A stretch of 61,078 bases of DNA, the filler included, from Basidiobolus ranarum (Eukaryota), in assembly GCA_040143965.1 (NCBI GenBank). It is 14 parts of 14 records of this genome, joined end to end, with 100 filler letters (N's around TTAATTAATTAA, not from the genome) between each part and the next. Parts side by side here need not be neighbours in the genome. Positions count along the whole stretch, not along the records: positions 13,143 to 17,417 come from JASJQH010008910.1; positions 17,518 to 21,791 come from JASJQH010008911.1; positions 21,892 to 26,164 come from JASJQH010008912.1; 11 more parts are not named here. The stretch is one strand, 5' to 3'. The notes beneath the pieces are model-generated. The model searched no databases, was not told the DNA's origin, and saw nothing but the letters and a program-made list of their open reading frames with translations. The position numbers and the translations under genes were made by a program. Positions 13,770 to 24,851 of the stretch are shown here, piece by piece. How positions within the stretch are numbered: the stretch's first letter is position 1; every line of letters starts with the position of its first letter.

Positions 13770-15194
13770 AATAATCTTTGACTTGTGTTTCATTCCAAAC
13801 CAGATGGAGTTTGAAGATGACCCAAGAGATGAAGCTTACAGTGCACTGGTTGGATATAAGCCCTTAGAATTCATTACCCAGGTAAGTGGATCCCAACTCT
13901 ATATGGCTAATCATGTTTTCTAAATTTCTTTTCTAGGCCCGACAGCACTCCAAAGTAAAGCTTACTTGGGATGATGATGATGTTGATTGTATACGAGTGA
14001 CTAGACAGAAGTTCTGTAAGGAAGACTTGGAGGCTTATATTGCTTCCTCATCCAACTCTAATTCTGACGAAGACAACGTGGATAAAATCAAGCGAAAGTA
14101 TCAGAACTTTCGTGCTAAAGCTGAGGAAGAGCAGGAGAACATTGATCAAGATATGGAGATCACATTTGCATCACGATTGAGTGAAGCCGCTAGCGGATTG
14201 TTGGAGAGGAAGAAGGAAAGAGAGGTATTGCGTGTTACATCTCCACTCCCTCAACCCCTCATACTCATCTATTAATATTTAATAGAACGTGGAAAACGAA
14301 ATATCGATTGAAACATACATGCAAAAGCAAAAGGAGAAGAGACAGAAGAAAAAGCAGGCCAAGAAGGAAGAAAACGAGACTGAAGGTGATGCTGAAGATC
14401 AAGGACAACTCTTCTCTGACGATGAAGTTAACATCGATCAAAGTGATCCATTCTTCCAAAGTGAAATCGGACAAGGCATGGCTCCCAAGAGCTCAAGGAA
14501 ATGTATGTACACTATGTAAGAGTGACTGTTTGATCTACATTCAATCAACTCTTGTTTTAATAGCTGAGTCTAAAAACAGAAAGAACAAAAAGCTGACCGC
14601 GGAAGAGAAGGCTGAAGAGGCTAAGAAACAAGCAGAGCTCGAGCTATTGGTTGTGGATGCTGATGATGGAAGAAAACATTTCAACATGAAAGATATCATC
14701 AAGAAAGAGAAGAAAGGAAAGAAGGGTAAGAAAATCACTGAAGATACTGATAAATTTGAAATCAATGTCAGCGATCCTCGTTTCACTGCGCTTCATGACT
14801 CCCATCATTTTGCCATTGATCCTACCAATCCTCAGCAAGTGCTTACTAAACATTTGAATGTGGCTAATGCTAGATAGCTAATTGTGAACAATTACAATGT
14901 GATTAGGTTCAAGAAGACTAAGTCATGTTCAAATTACTCGAAGAATGCCAAAGACGTCAAGTCACAAGTATTAACCAAAATGGGGACCAAGTTGATTCGT
15001 TAAATGATCAACCCAAGTCCAACGTCAAAGACGCCAGTATTAGTCGCTTAGTGGATTCTGTATGTATATTTCATTTTGTCTTCTTAGCACATGCAAACTT
15101 GGCTAATGCTCTCTCGTAGATTAAACGAAAATCCACCAGCAACGTCGCAGACTACGAGGATCTTGGGGCATATGCTGAATATGGATCTCCATAG
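13770..15194 (+). pseudogene. ESF1: ESF1 pre-rRNA processing protein, 5'-truncated and damaged copy
   Basis: FDLCFIP...YKPLEFITQ/ARQHSKVKLTWDDDD, DMEITF, HFNMKDIIK and NUC153 motif DPRFTALHDSHHFAIDPTNPQFKKTK. Introns 13882-13936, 14225-14285, 14503-14563, 14835-14906 (GC-AG) and 15060-15119. A 1-nt frameshift near 14923; Gypsy DNA replaces the 5' half. Confidence 0.85.
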
Positions 15195-15764
15195 GTGCTT
15201 CTAGACGTTTCTGGTCAGCACAATTTAGTTGATGGGCAGTATGAGCTAAGAATCCTTCTACCATGGTGAAATTTCTCTATATACCAATAAATCCCCGATT
15301 GTGAGAAGTAGCCTGCATACAGCATATACCATAATCACTCTTAACAGTATTCTTACACAATAACTCAAATTCTAAATATTTCCCCGAGATAGATTGGCAA
15401 CTGAGAAGTCTTCTAAATAAGCCTTCCTTCAAATCTCAACACAGATTGCCCTTGTAAATTAGGGCCAGTATTAGTACATACTCCATTATATCATATTCAG
15501 ACAATAAACCTATTTCTTAATGAACCGATCACATGTTTGATGATCATAGCCGTGTTGATTATTTGATGAATCGAAGAAAAATCCATATCAGGAAACGTCG
15601 ATATCACGAAATGGGCTAGAACAGTCTTGGGTTTCTGAGAATCTGCACATTAATCATCGAATGAGGTTTATGGGATTTGTTCAGTAGTTTCACCTGCCGT
15701 CCTTTATAACTGTAGCCTTCTCAAATCTTTTTTATTTGTATTAAATCTAACTTTTCTAGTCTCC

Positions 15765-16855
15765 ATGCTTCCTGATGTATACGCTTTCCAGTGCGAGAAC
15801 ACAGAAAGTGACATTCATACTGACAACGACTGGGAAGCATACTTTCATAATCAACTATTAATCTCCAATGGTAGCTTGATTGTATACTGCTTTGTCGCTA
15901 TTCTCTTCTTCACCGGAATATGGAGTATCCTCAAACTGAACTTCCTATCCCAGCCACGTCCGATGGTCACTTTGTGTTTAGCAAGCTGTATGTTCGGCTT
16001 TAGTGGCTCTATAATTATCATAATATATTACTTCTTCTTTGATATGAATTGTATTGCTCGTAATGCCTTCTCGCTAGTTCTCTTCCAACTCTCTGCTTCT
16101 TGTACAGACCTCGTATTACTCATGAGGGCATATGTAGTTAATGACAAACAGACAGTACTCTTGTACATTGGAGTGGTACTATGCGCTAGTAAATATATTC
16201 CGTTCTGTTTCGTTCTAGTGAATCTGGAGTCTCCACTGTCGAGCGTATTACATGTTTGTGAATATGTCAACCTTCCTTTTGAACTCAACTATGTTATGGG
16301 GATCGACCTTGTTGCCAATTTTTTCTTCTGCCTCCTTTTCATAATTGCTATACGAAGGCACATACATCTGATCAAGACCGAGCTCGAACCAACTCTATTT
16401 CAAACTGACCTCTCCCAAAGGATTAAAGCTTACTATCAAATAGTCAAAAAAAGTGTTCACTTTTTTATTATCAGCGCCATCACTATGTTTATAGTCATTT
16501 TGATGACTTTGTTAGCCGACAACAACATTACCAACACCATTCTTCCTTATTATCTAGGCAGTAAGTGAAAACAGTGTTCCAGTATTATTCCCTAAAGTTA
16601 ACGTACTAATCGTGATATTCTATAGTGGCTCTCGCGTCTAGATTCCTAACCAACGCTGTTGTAGCGTTTAGGGCTCGCGAATCACGCTCTTCTGTTTCCC
16701 ACTCAACTGCCAATAATACTGAACCGACTTTTGATGCTACTGAAGAACTTTCCTCGGAGATGACATCTGTGACCATACCGGACTCGAACGATCCAAGTTG
16801 TATGGTCGTTGAGACAAAATTGCGGGATTCAAAGCAACAGCATCAACACTTGTAA
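15765..16855 (+). CDS. Multi-pass (about 7TM) membrane protein, GPCR-like (intron 16561-16625)
   Basis: The 267-aa ORF has several TM helices and splices in frame (GTAAGT...TATAG) to the 16625-16855 ORF, which gives a Ser/Thr-rich tail. Confidence 0.65.
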
Positions 16856-17517
16856 TACTCGCCCAGCTTTAGACATTGTAAAATAGTCGTATTATATCCC
16901 TCACTTTGTGTACATACCAACATCAATAAACACTTTAGAGTATGGCTTGATTTTATCGTTACAGAAGAGTTGAAACAGTGTAGCTTAATTCTTGAACGGT
17001 CCATATAGTGGTTTCACATTCCACATTAATGATCTGAAATGGCCATTTATGTACGCCCTATACGGGTGTTTATATATATATCAGCATCTGGCCAAATCAA
17101 GGCAAGTGTGGAGTAATGGTTATCTTTGACCAACTTTAATACAAGCTGTATTTGGTATGAATACTCCCTATGCTAGAAACGATGGGGTAATGACAACAGA
17201 TGCCGGAAATCATCGATTATTGCTCAATCCCGATGTTTAAATTTATTGATTTATTGAATTTGGACGAATTGTTGATATGCGAAGGAAATGAATGTGTTAG
17301 TTAGATGGTGTATACTGGAATGGTTGAATGAGAATATTCGTTCTGGAATATATGATAATCTTCATGCCAATTATTTTTGAAGAACACGCTTGACAACATC
17401 AGTAATCAAGTCAGTGGNNNNNNNNNNNNNNNNNNNNNNNNNNNNNNNNNNNNNNNNNNNNTTAATTAATTAANNNNNNNNNNNNNNNNNNNNNNNNNNN
17501 NNNNNNNNNNNNNNNNN

Positions 17518-17666
17518 ACACAAACTCCTGAATATCTCAAACAATTGATTTACTTTTCTACTATATAAGTCACCATATACTCTTAAGAATAAACTAACTA
17601 AAACACACTATCATAAGTTGCTTCTAAAACTCAAAGTCTACCCCATTATGTCAAGATCCTCCAACA
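17518..17666 (+). repeat. LTR-like repeat family C, 3' part
   Basis: Aligns by eye to 52987-53135 (ATATCTCAAACAATTGATTTACTT...ATGTCAAGATCCT). Ends in AACA exactly where the CACTA transposase is cut (SGPKS|). Confidence 0.7.
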
Positions 17667-18570
17667 GATTTAGGTCCAGATGTGATGGATAGTATCAAAA
17701 TATTATGAGTCCTATGCCATTCAGAAGGAGGAAGACTTAAATAAACTAACAATATTGGCCAGCAAGCCTTTCCAACGGTATATTTGTTTAGAAAGAAACC
17801 ATCCAGAGCCAATAGAAATGCATGATCATATGTGTTCTCAAACAAACCTTGACCTTTCAGATTCTGATAGTGATATCCATTAATTATATTACTAATACCA
17901 TCATCTTTAAGGTGAGTACTTTGGTATTGGATCAATGATCTACATTTGGGTGATTTCATCAAAACTTCAAGAAGGGGAATCATTGGTATGTAAGCCAAAT
18001 AAGAATGATCTTTACCTGATTCAGTGATTGCCAATTGCGTGCAAACAGTACATGACTTCAGGTTTTTCAGATCACTGGTGAAAGCCAAACAACCATTTGG
18101 ACATGAAGGTAGTTTAAATACTGAAGGATTCTAAGTCATACAATTGGCAAGTGTTTTCCACTTGTGCCAGGTCTGTGGCAATCAACAGTTGCCAATCAAC
18201 TGTGGTAAAAGTATAAGAAAACCAATAAGCACCTGGTTGCTACAATTGGATTGAGCTCTCCACATCTCATAAATCAAACAGCTTGCTTTACTGTAAGTGT
18301 TATGAGTGGACTAATGCTAGCCAAAAACAAAGAGTCTGTAACAAAACCATCATCTTCTTCAACTTCTGATATACTAACATCAGTACTGGAATAGCCAAGG
18401 TCAACATCTAGCAGCATGTCCTCAAAGTTGTCTGGACTTACTGGTCTGACCAAAGTTGCATTTCTATCCACATCATTCTGGTCATATAACTGTGATAACT
18501 CCATGGTATCTTGACTTTCAGTAGTGTTACCATAATTTTGATGCAAAGTATAGTCAGTGGACATAGCGAG
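17667..18570 (-). mobile_element. CACTA/En-Spm (Tnp2/Transposase_21-like) transposase pseudogene, copy 1
   Basis: CPNGCLAF...CTVC zinc motif, then LALDGFFLNK...CWPILLVYLSLPP...ILILSITSGPKS. Confidence 0.85.
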
Positions 18571-18998
18571 CAAAACCAAAGTCAATTTTGTGCACTTATT
18601 ACTTTTGATATTCACCAGGCTTTGTGCAGCTGGTGGTTTTGTACCATGACCATGCTTGTGATTATTTTTTCTATGAAGCCTCTGGCTTTTATAGCACAAG
18701 AATTTGTGACAATAATTGCAGGGCTACTTTAAATGTTTGAGTTGTGGCATGAGAAGGATATTGTGCAAAAAAGAACACCTCCTATGTTAGGGTGGTATTT
18801 TATATGTAGCCCATCACATCATCAGCTAATTTTGAGATGGTGTCACAGATGAGTCATCAGGGGATTTACAAGATATTTCTGATAATGGATGGCAATTTAG
18901 GTTTATTTTAAGCTGTTTATAAGCAATTTCATTAAACTAAGTTTACCATCTGAAACTTTCAATCCTATTCAATAGACATTCAACATCTGAATCAAAAA

Positions 18999-19530
18999 AT
19001 GGCTTCTAAGCCAAAGCCTGCTGGTGCAAAAGGAAAAAAACCCACAAGAATAGAGGACTTAATTGATGAGCAGTCTAGCAATCCACTATCTACTTTGGAA
19101 GGCATTACCATGCTGGAAACTAACTCCAGTAATGATGAAGCATTAATCAGTTTACCAGAAGTGTTCATTTCCAGCAATAGTGCAAGTGAAGATATTGTAA
19201 TCCACAAATTATATAGTAAATTAATAGTTGAGCTAAGTTTAACCCAAATAGCATCAAGACCATTCACTTCCAAATTGGCTACTTTGCCCACTAGTGAACA
19301 AATCTCCACAGAAAATTTAGATTGAACATTTACAAGGGTATCACAGGCAGAACACCATAATGATTTCTATGTGATCATAAATAAAAACTACAAAGTTGCT
19401 ATATAGGCCATGACAATTATAACACCACAATATTGCATTAATGCAGCATTTGGAAGCAAATAGTCAACAGTTAGAGAGTCACTGAACAATGATGCAAGAC
19501 CTTCAGAATGCTATATTTGAGCTAAAGCAA
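18999..19530 (+). pseudogene. Decayed ORF divergent from the CACTA transposase (probable element accessory ORF)
   Basis: 108-aa ORF whose frame continues past sparse TGA/TAG stops. CpG-depleted like the neighbouring TE DNA. No recognised domain. Confidence 0.35.
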
Positions 19531-19569
19531 AATGCTGTTCCCTCCATCTCTGGCTCCACCTGATCACCT

Positions 19570-20330
19570 TTAGCAATATAATCTTAGGCTATGGCTAATC
19601 CCAAGTTTGATGACAGACTGACTCTTTGGTGAGTTGTAATCAGTGAGCATGTTGAAATCTGACTGGGCTCTTGATGGTAAAATCATACAGTTTAGTGTTG
19701 TATTTGGACAGTAGGAATGTTTATGCCTGGTAGAGTAAACTCCATGGATATGACAAACCGTACAGCAAGATAGTGCATTGCGCCTGCAAAAACCTCCAAG
19801 TTTACTGGTGGCAGGTGTTTCACCAACACATATGGTGATATTAGCTTTGAAAAAATATTTACCCATATGAACCCCATTAGACAACTATTAAAATTCTGCA
19901 AGCAGAGGCTGCAAGAAGCTATCTATAAGCACTGGTGATTTAGGCCCAGATATGATGGATAGAATCAGAATCTTATACCATTTGGAGTGAGGAAAATTTA
20001 AGTTAATTAAAATTATTAGCCAGCAAGCTTTTCTACAGGTATATTTGTTTAGTGAGAAACCATCTAGAGCTATTGTGAATGTATGATCATACACATTGTC
20101 AAAGAAACCTTGACTTTTCATATTTTGGTAATAATATCTATCAGAAACACTGGTAATAGTCTTCTTTTTTATTGGATAAACTACCATCAGTACTGGACAA
20201 GACAAGGTGAGCAGCTAGCAGCATATTCTCCAAATATATGGACTTACTGGTTTGACTGAAGCTGCATTTCTATCTATATCATTCTGTTCATATAACTGTG
20301 GTAAAATGATAGTATCTTGACTGATAAATG
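19570..20330 (-). mobile_element. CACTA/En-Spm transposase pseudogene, copy 2 (internally deleted)
   Basis: IALDGFSLNK...CWLIILINLNFP...SGPKSP..IDSFLQPLLAEF and ETPATSKLGGF...CCTVCHIHG. 20218-20330 is homologous to 18409-18520. Confidence 0.85.
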
Positions 20331-20389
20331 TGCTCAGGGGATGTGGAATTGTTTTGGACAAGTATTGGATTTGTGAAGTAGACACTTAA

Positions 20390-21460
20390 GTCATATTGAT
20401 TGAATATGTCCTATTTATGGTTTACTATGAAATAGGACTATTGGACATTCTTAAATCATAACAAGCATGCCTGTTAAGCATGGGTGAGAATTTGAGATGA
20501 TTTGAACAGGTTTTGAGAAAATAGTGATAATTGGTAAAAGTGATTTAATTGATATTTCTATCAATGAGAGCAATAAGAACAAATCTTTCAATGACAGAAT
20601 TGAGTACTAAATAATCAGAATGTAAATAAACTAACTACTGAATAATGAGTTGCTATTTACCTAATTTCAATGTTCCCACTCATCTAACTATTTTGTGTTT
20701 CTCTTAAACTTAATATATATTTAATAATTCAACTTGTGCTTTTGCTAAAGGTTTGGTTAGGATGTCAGCAAATATTTCCTCAGAAAGGCACTGGACAAGT
20801 TCAAATATATCATTCTCTATTGTTTCTCTAACAAAATGATGCCTAATATCTACATATTTTGCTCTAGCATGAAATGTAGGGTTTAGCTAATCCAATACAA
20901 CTTTGATTTTCTTCAAATTCAGTAATAGCATATTTTTGCATGTAACAGAAGTCTTTAAATAAATTTTTTAACCACATAGCTTCTTGTGCAGTCTCAGAGG
21001 CAGCCATATACTCTGCTCCTATAGTAAAAAGTGCCATGATTAGTTGCTTCTTACTATTCCAAGTTATGGCTTCATTACTACAGAGAAAAGTGCACCCAGA
21101 TGCTAATCTTTTATCATGAAGGTTTCTTCCCCAGTCTGCATCACTATAGCCTTCAAAATTTCATGCATCAGAGGTGTCAGAGTAATCCAGAACTAGATCT
21201 ACAGTTCCTCTCAAATACTTGAATATGTGTTTCGCTGCAGTTTTGTGCTCAGGTCCTGGGTCTTTGAGACATTGATAGACAGTTCCCACTGCTACACCAA
21301 TAACTGAACATGTTCCACCATTGTGTACATTGACCTACTCATAATGAATTTATAAGGGAACTACTAGCTTTGTTTTAGTCATTTTGGGTCAAATTGGATG
21401 ATATTTTGATTAATTTCACATTGAGATCCATTGGTGTTGATACAGGCTTGCTATTCTCCT
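20390..21460 (-). mobile_element. Ty1/Copia RT-RNase H remnant with PPT and putative 3' LTR
   Basis: Minus strand reads KPVSTPMD, GYSDADWG, TWNSKKQ, HARAKYVDIRHHFVRE, ADILTKPL. PPT at about 20674-20682. The left LTR boundary is uncertain. Confidence 0.85.
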
Positions 21461-21791
21461 TAAGAGAGTCCATGAACAATTAATATCTGAGTTGCAGCAT
21501 GCTCAATCCCAATACAAGAACTTTGCTGATCAGAAAAGAAAGCCAAGCCCAGATCTCAAGCCACAAGATTAAGTTTGGCTACTCCATATAAATATCAAAA
21601 CCACTAGACCTTGTGATCAGCTTGTTCATAAAAGACTAGGGCCTTGTAAGATTATTAAGCAAATCAATTCAGTAGCCTTCAACCTTGAACTTTCAGCCCA
21701 TTTCAAAGTCCACAATGTATTCCATGTGTCTCTCTTAGAGCCACATGCCAGAATCACCTTCCAGGGCCAATCTATTGACCCACCCCCAGCA
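21461..21791 (+). mobile_element. Ty3/Gypsy (Tf2/chromovirus-like) integrase C-terminal GPY/F-SH3 region
   Basis: AQSQYKNFADQKRKPSPDLKPQD*VWL...KRLGPCKIIKQINSVAFNLEL...VHNVFHVSLLEP. Confidence 0.9.
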
Positions 21792-21891
21792 NNNNNNNNN
21801 NNNNNNNNNNNNNNNNNNNNNNNNNNNNNNNNNNNTTAATTAATTAANNNNNNNNNNNNNNNNNNNNNNNNNNNNNNNNNNNNNNNNNNNN

Positions 21892-22150
21892 TGCAAGGGC
21901 CAATAATCTCTAAGCATTGTGAAAGATGCAGCAGTGAATGCATTGAATACCAGCAAAGATTCAATCTATCTTCTTCAAACCTATAATAAAGTTTTTCATA
22001 TCCAATTACAAAATCTTTGTACAGTTGCTGTATCTGCCTGAGATCTGCCAATATGAGTTGATGCCATAAAATATGATAACAATATCCACAAACAACTCCC
22101 AATGTTGCAAATACTTATCAGGAAGAAATCTTTTCAAAATTCCACTTGAA
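21892..22150 (-). mobile_element. CACTA/En-Spm transposase C-terminal fragment
   Basis: FVIGYEKLYYRFEEDRLNLCWYSMHSLLHLSQCLEIIGP matches the H-x-L-x-H...GP motif of Tnp2-type transposases. Confidence 0.8.
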
Positions 22151-22248
22151 TAAATACAGGACTTGTTCCATTGTGCCAGGATTTATTGGACCTTGGATCA
22201 TTATATTAGAGTAAATGTGATTGAATTTAATCATGCCAGAGGGTGCTG

Positions 22249-22325
22249 GATAGTGCCAAATTGTGCCGCATAAATTTTAGAATACTTTATCCAATACGAT
22301 ATATACAGCACAATTTGGCACTATC
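22249..22325. repeat. Inverted repeat: 18-bp perfect arms (24 bp with 2 mismatches)
   Basis: GATAGTGCCAAATTGTGC (22249-22266) and GCACAATTTGGCACTATC (22308-22325); extends inward to 22272/22302. Confidence 0.92.
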
Positions 22326-24005
22326 ACAGAGAACAAGTCCTATGTACCCGGTATAAAATATCTTATTTTGTATAACGGTTCTAGTTTCGACAATTATTAT
22401 GTCACAAGAGCTTTGATAGATAGAAATACGCCATTATCATCCGATAATAGCATTGTTTATCATAATAAAATACTTAGAATATGTTGTAGAGGTATTATTA
22501 CGTGGGATTTATGCCAATTTGCTAAACTTAGTTTGAATGACGAATGCAAATCATATGGTTTGGACAACAAGAAGAAAGATGTTGATTATAAGATAATACA
22601 AAAAATATTTGAGCAACATGGATTTTTTGAACAAAAGGTATTTGATGATGTTGAATTTAAAAACATGAATGTAGAGGAATACTGTAAACAAGATGTTAGT
22701 TTATTGGAAAAATTGTTTTACATTATATACAAAGAATTACATGAAATAACCAACATAAATCCCTTGTCTAAACCAACTTTATGCAGTTTGAGTAATTCAC
22801 ATCTCAGAAAAAATTGGAAGCAAAATAAAATAAAAGTAGAACCAATTCCATTTAAATATGATAAAATATTTTCCAGTGTACCTGGTGGAAGAGTTCAGGC
22901 TATCAAAAATGGTGTATACAAAGATCAGACATATGTACAAATGGATATAAACAGTATGTATCCTTATATATGTATGGTTAATAAATTCCCCATAGGTAGT
23001 ATAAGGAAGCAAAACAGATACAAAGGTGATGAATTATATATGTGTTTGTGTGATGTTGATCAGAGTAAACTCAAATATAAAATCGTTGGTATTAGGAACA
23101 AACAAGATAGATTAAATTGGATGATGAATCATGTGCAGAATGTTTGGTTATGGAAAGAAGAAGTAGAAACATTATTAAAATATAAAGTAAAGTTGAGACA
23201 AAATTATATTTAATTTGGGATAAACAAGATTATATATTTGACATTATGAAACTATATAAAGATGTACGTGTGAAAGCTAAACAAGTAAAAATAAACTTAA
23301 GGAAAACATGGCCAAAATGTTAGGTAATGGTAACACAGGCAAGTTGATAGAAAAAAATCATGATGATGTATGGCAAATAGGGTATTTGTATCATGATGCA
23401 CAAAATTTTGTAAACAAATATGGTGTTGAAGAAACATTGTTTGAATTAATGGGGGTCATGAACAGAATTCTGCTAAATCTTTTAAAGATTCAGATGAGTA
23501 CTTATCTAAACTGAGACATATAGGATGTAGAATATATGCATTATCCAGGTTATATTTGTGGAATTTGATGATGTTGTGTGATAACGTACTATATATTGAT
23601 ACTGATAGTCTTATTATATCTAAACATGAAATGGAAAAACTACCCGTAGGAGATGATTATGGTATGTTAAAAATGGAAGAATTGGGTGATGAAGTAATTA
23701 TTGTTAGTCCCAAAAGTTACATGATATGTAACAAGACAAGACTTAATGGTTATAAAAATGGTGATATATGGGAAGCCAGAAAACAAATAGATAACAAAGT
23801 GTTATATACAGATAATAAAATATGTAAGAAATTATACAAATATCTTATTAACAAAGAAACTTACGTTATTACAAAGTTTAATAAATTAACCAAACGTTTT
23901 ATATCAAAAAATAACAATATGTGGGAATTATTTACTTTAAACAAGACATACACAGAAAAAAAATTGGAATCATATGGTGGCAATTTTTTTAAAAATGGAA
24001 TTTAA
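22326..24005 (+). pseudogene. Protein-primed family-B DNA polymerase (DNA_pol_B_2 type), 5' truncated, 3 frameshifts
   Basis: ExoII YNGSSFD, ExoIII YCKQDV, PGGRV, motif A DINSMYP..M...FPIG, motif B KMLGNGNTGKL, IYALSR, motif C YIDTDS and PKSY, in the correct order. Frameshifts at about 23189-23191, 23287-23291 and 23451-23455. ExoI is missing. Confidence 0.92.
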
Positions 24006-24813
24006 TTTTGGATCAAACATATTATGCCTGTTAAAGTAGTGACCAGGATGCCTCCTGCAATTAAAATGGGGGTCAGCTCTTCAATTAATACAAGTGAAAT
24101 TGCAGCCACCCCCAATGGAATCAAAATGGCTTTAATTACTTTAAAAATTTTGTAAAAATCAAAATCATGTTTGTCTGCAAAAAACAACTCTGTTGGATTT
24201 TGTTCAAAAAAGCCAAGTAAAATTTCCAATTTGGATTTCCTAATTTCTGCAGTATTAGGGATATTATTAGGGAAATCTACTCCTACAAAATTAACAGCAC
24301 CATATTTCTTTTTCAAGTCTTGCATGTTATTACTAATCCAATCAGTGTCATCCATATGAGTAATTATTACTAATGTATTTTTACTACCTCTTTCTTTTAA
24401 GCCTTTAAAATTATCAAGAAAATGATAGGATTTGATGTATCTACCTTGTTTAGTCACAAAACAGTACCAATGATAACCGTGTTTAGTTAAATCAAGAAAA
24501 ATAAATAGTTTTTTAATATATGTTTTCAAATAGTTTAAAATGTGTGGAATATTATTAGTTGCAAAACTATTGGTAATAGTTTTGAATTTGTACTCAACAT
24601 CAGTGGCACATAACCCAATGGTGTCAGTTACAAAAACTCTGAATTATTGCTATAAGCTGAAGTAATACTCAACAAGACGGATTCAACACTATCCCCAACA
24701 GGAAATTTATTATTCAAGTCAAATAATTCACCCTGTGTAACCATATTTGAGATAGTAGACTTGCCATCACCGGTTTTACCAATTAAAAAGATTTTTGTAC
24801 AAAGACGTGACAT
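24002..24813 (-). pseudogene. AIG1/GIMAP-like P-loop GTPase 2 with C-terminal hydrophobic anchor (one frameshift)
   Basis: G1 GKTGDGKST. Adding one T in the run at 24632-24636 joins it to VTDTIGL (G3), then FVTKQGR and VIITHMD (G4), and a hydrophobic C-terminus ILIPLGVAAISLVL...ILIAGGILVTTLTGIICLI. Confidence 0.85.
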
Positions 24814-24851
24814 TATATATAATTGTCATATTGTATGATACAAATAAAATC

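Noticed and set aside
22326-24005. Host replicative polymerase (alpha/delta/zeta) or mitochondrial gene
   Set aside because: Compact intronless layout with pPolB-type motifs, and no in-frame TGA-Trp usage seen. A mitochondrial-plasmid origin is not fully excluded without a phylogeny.
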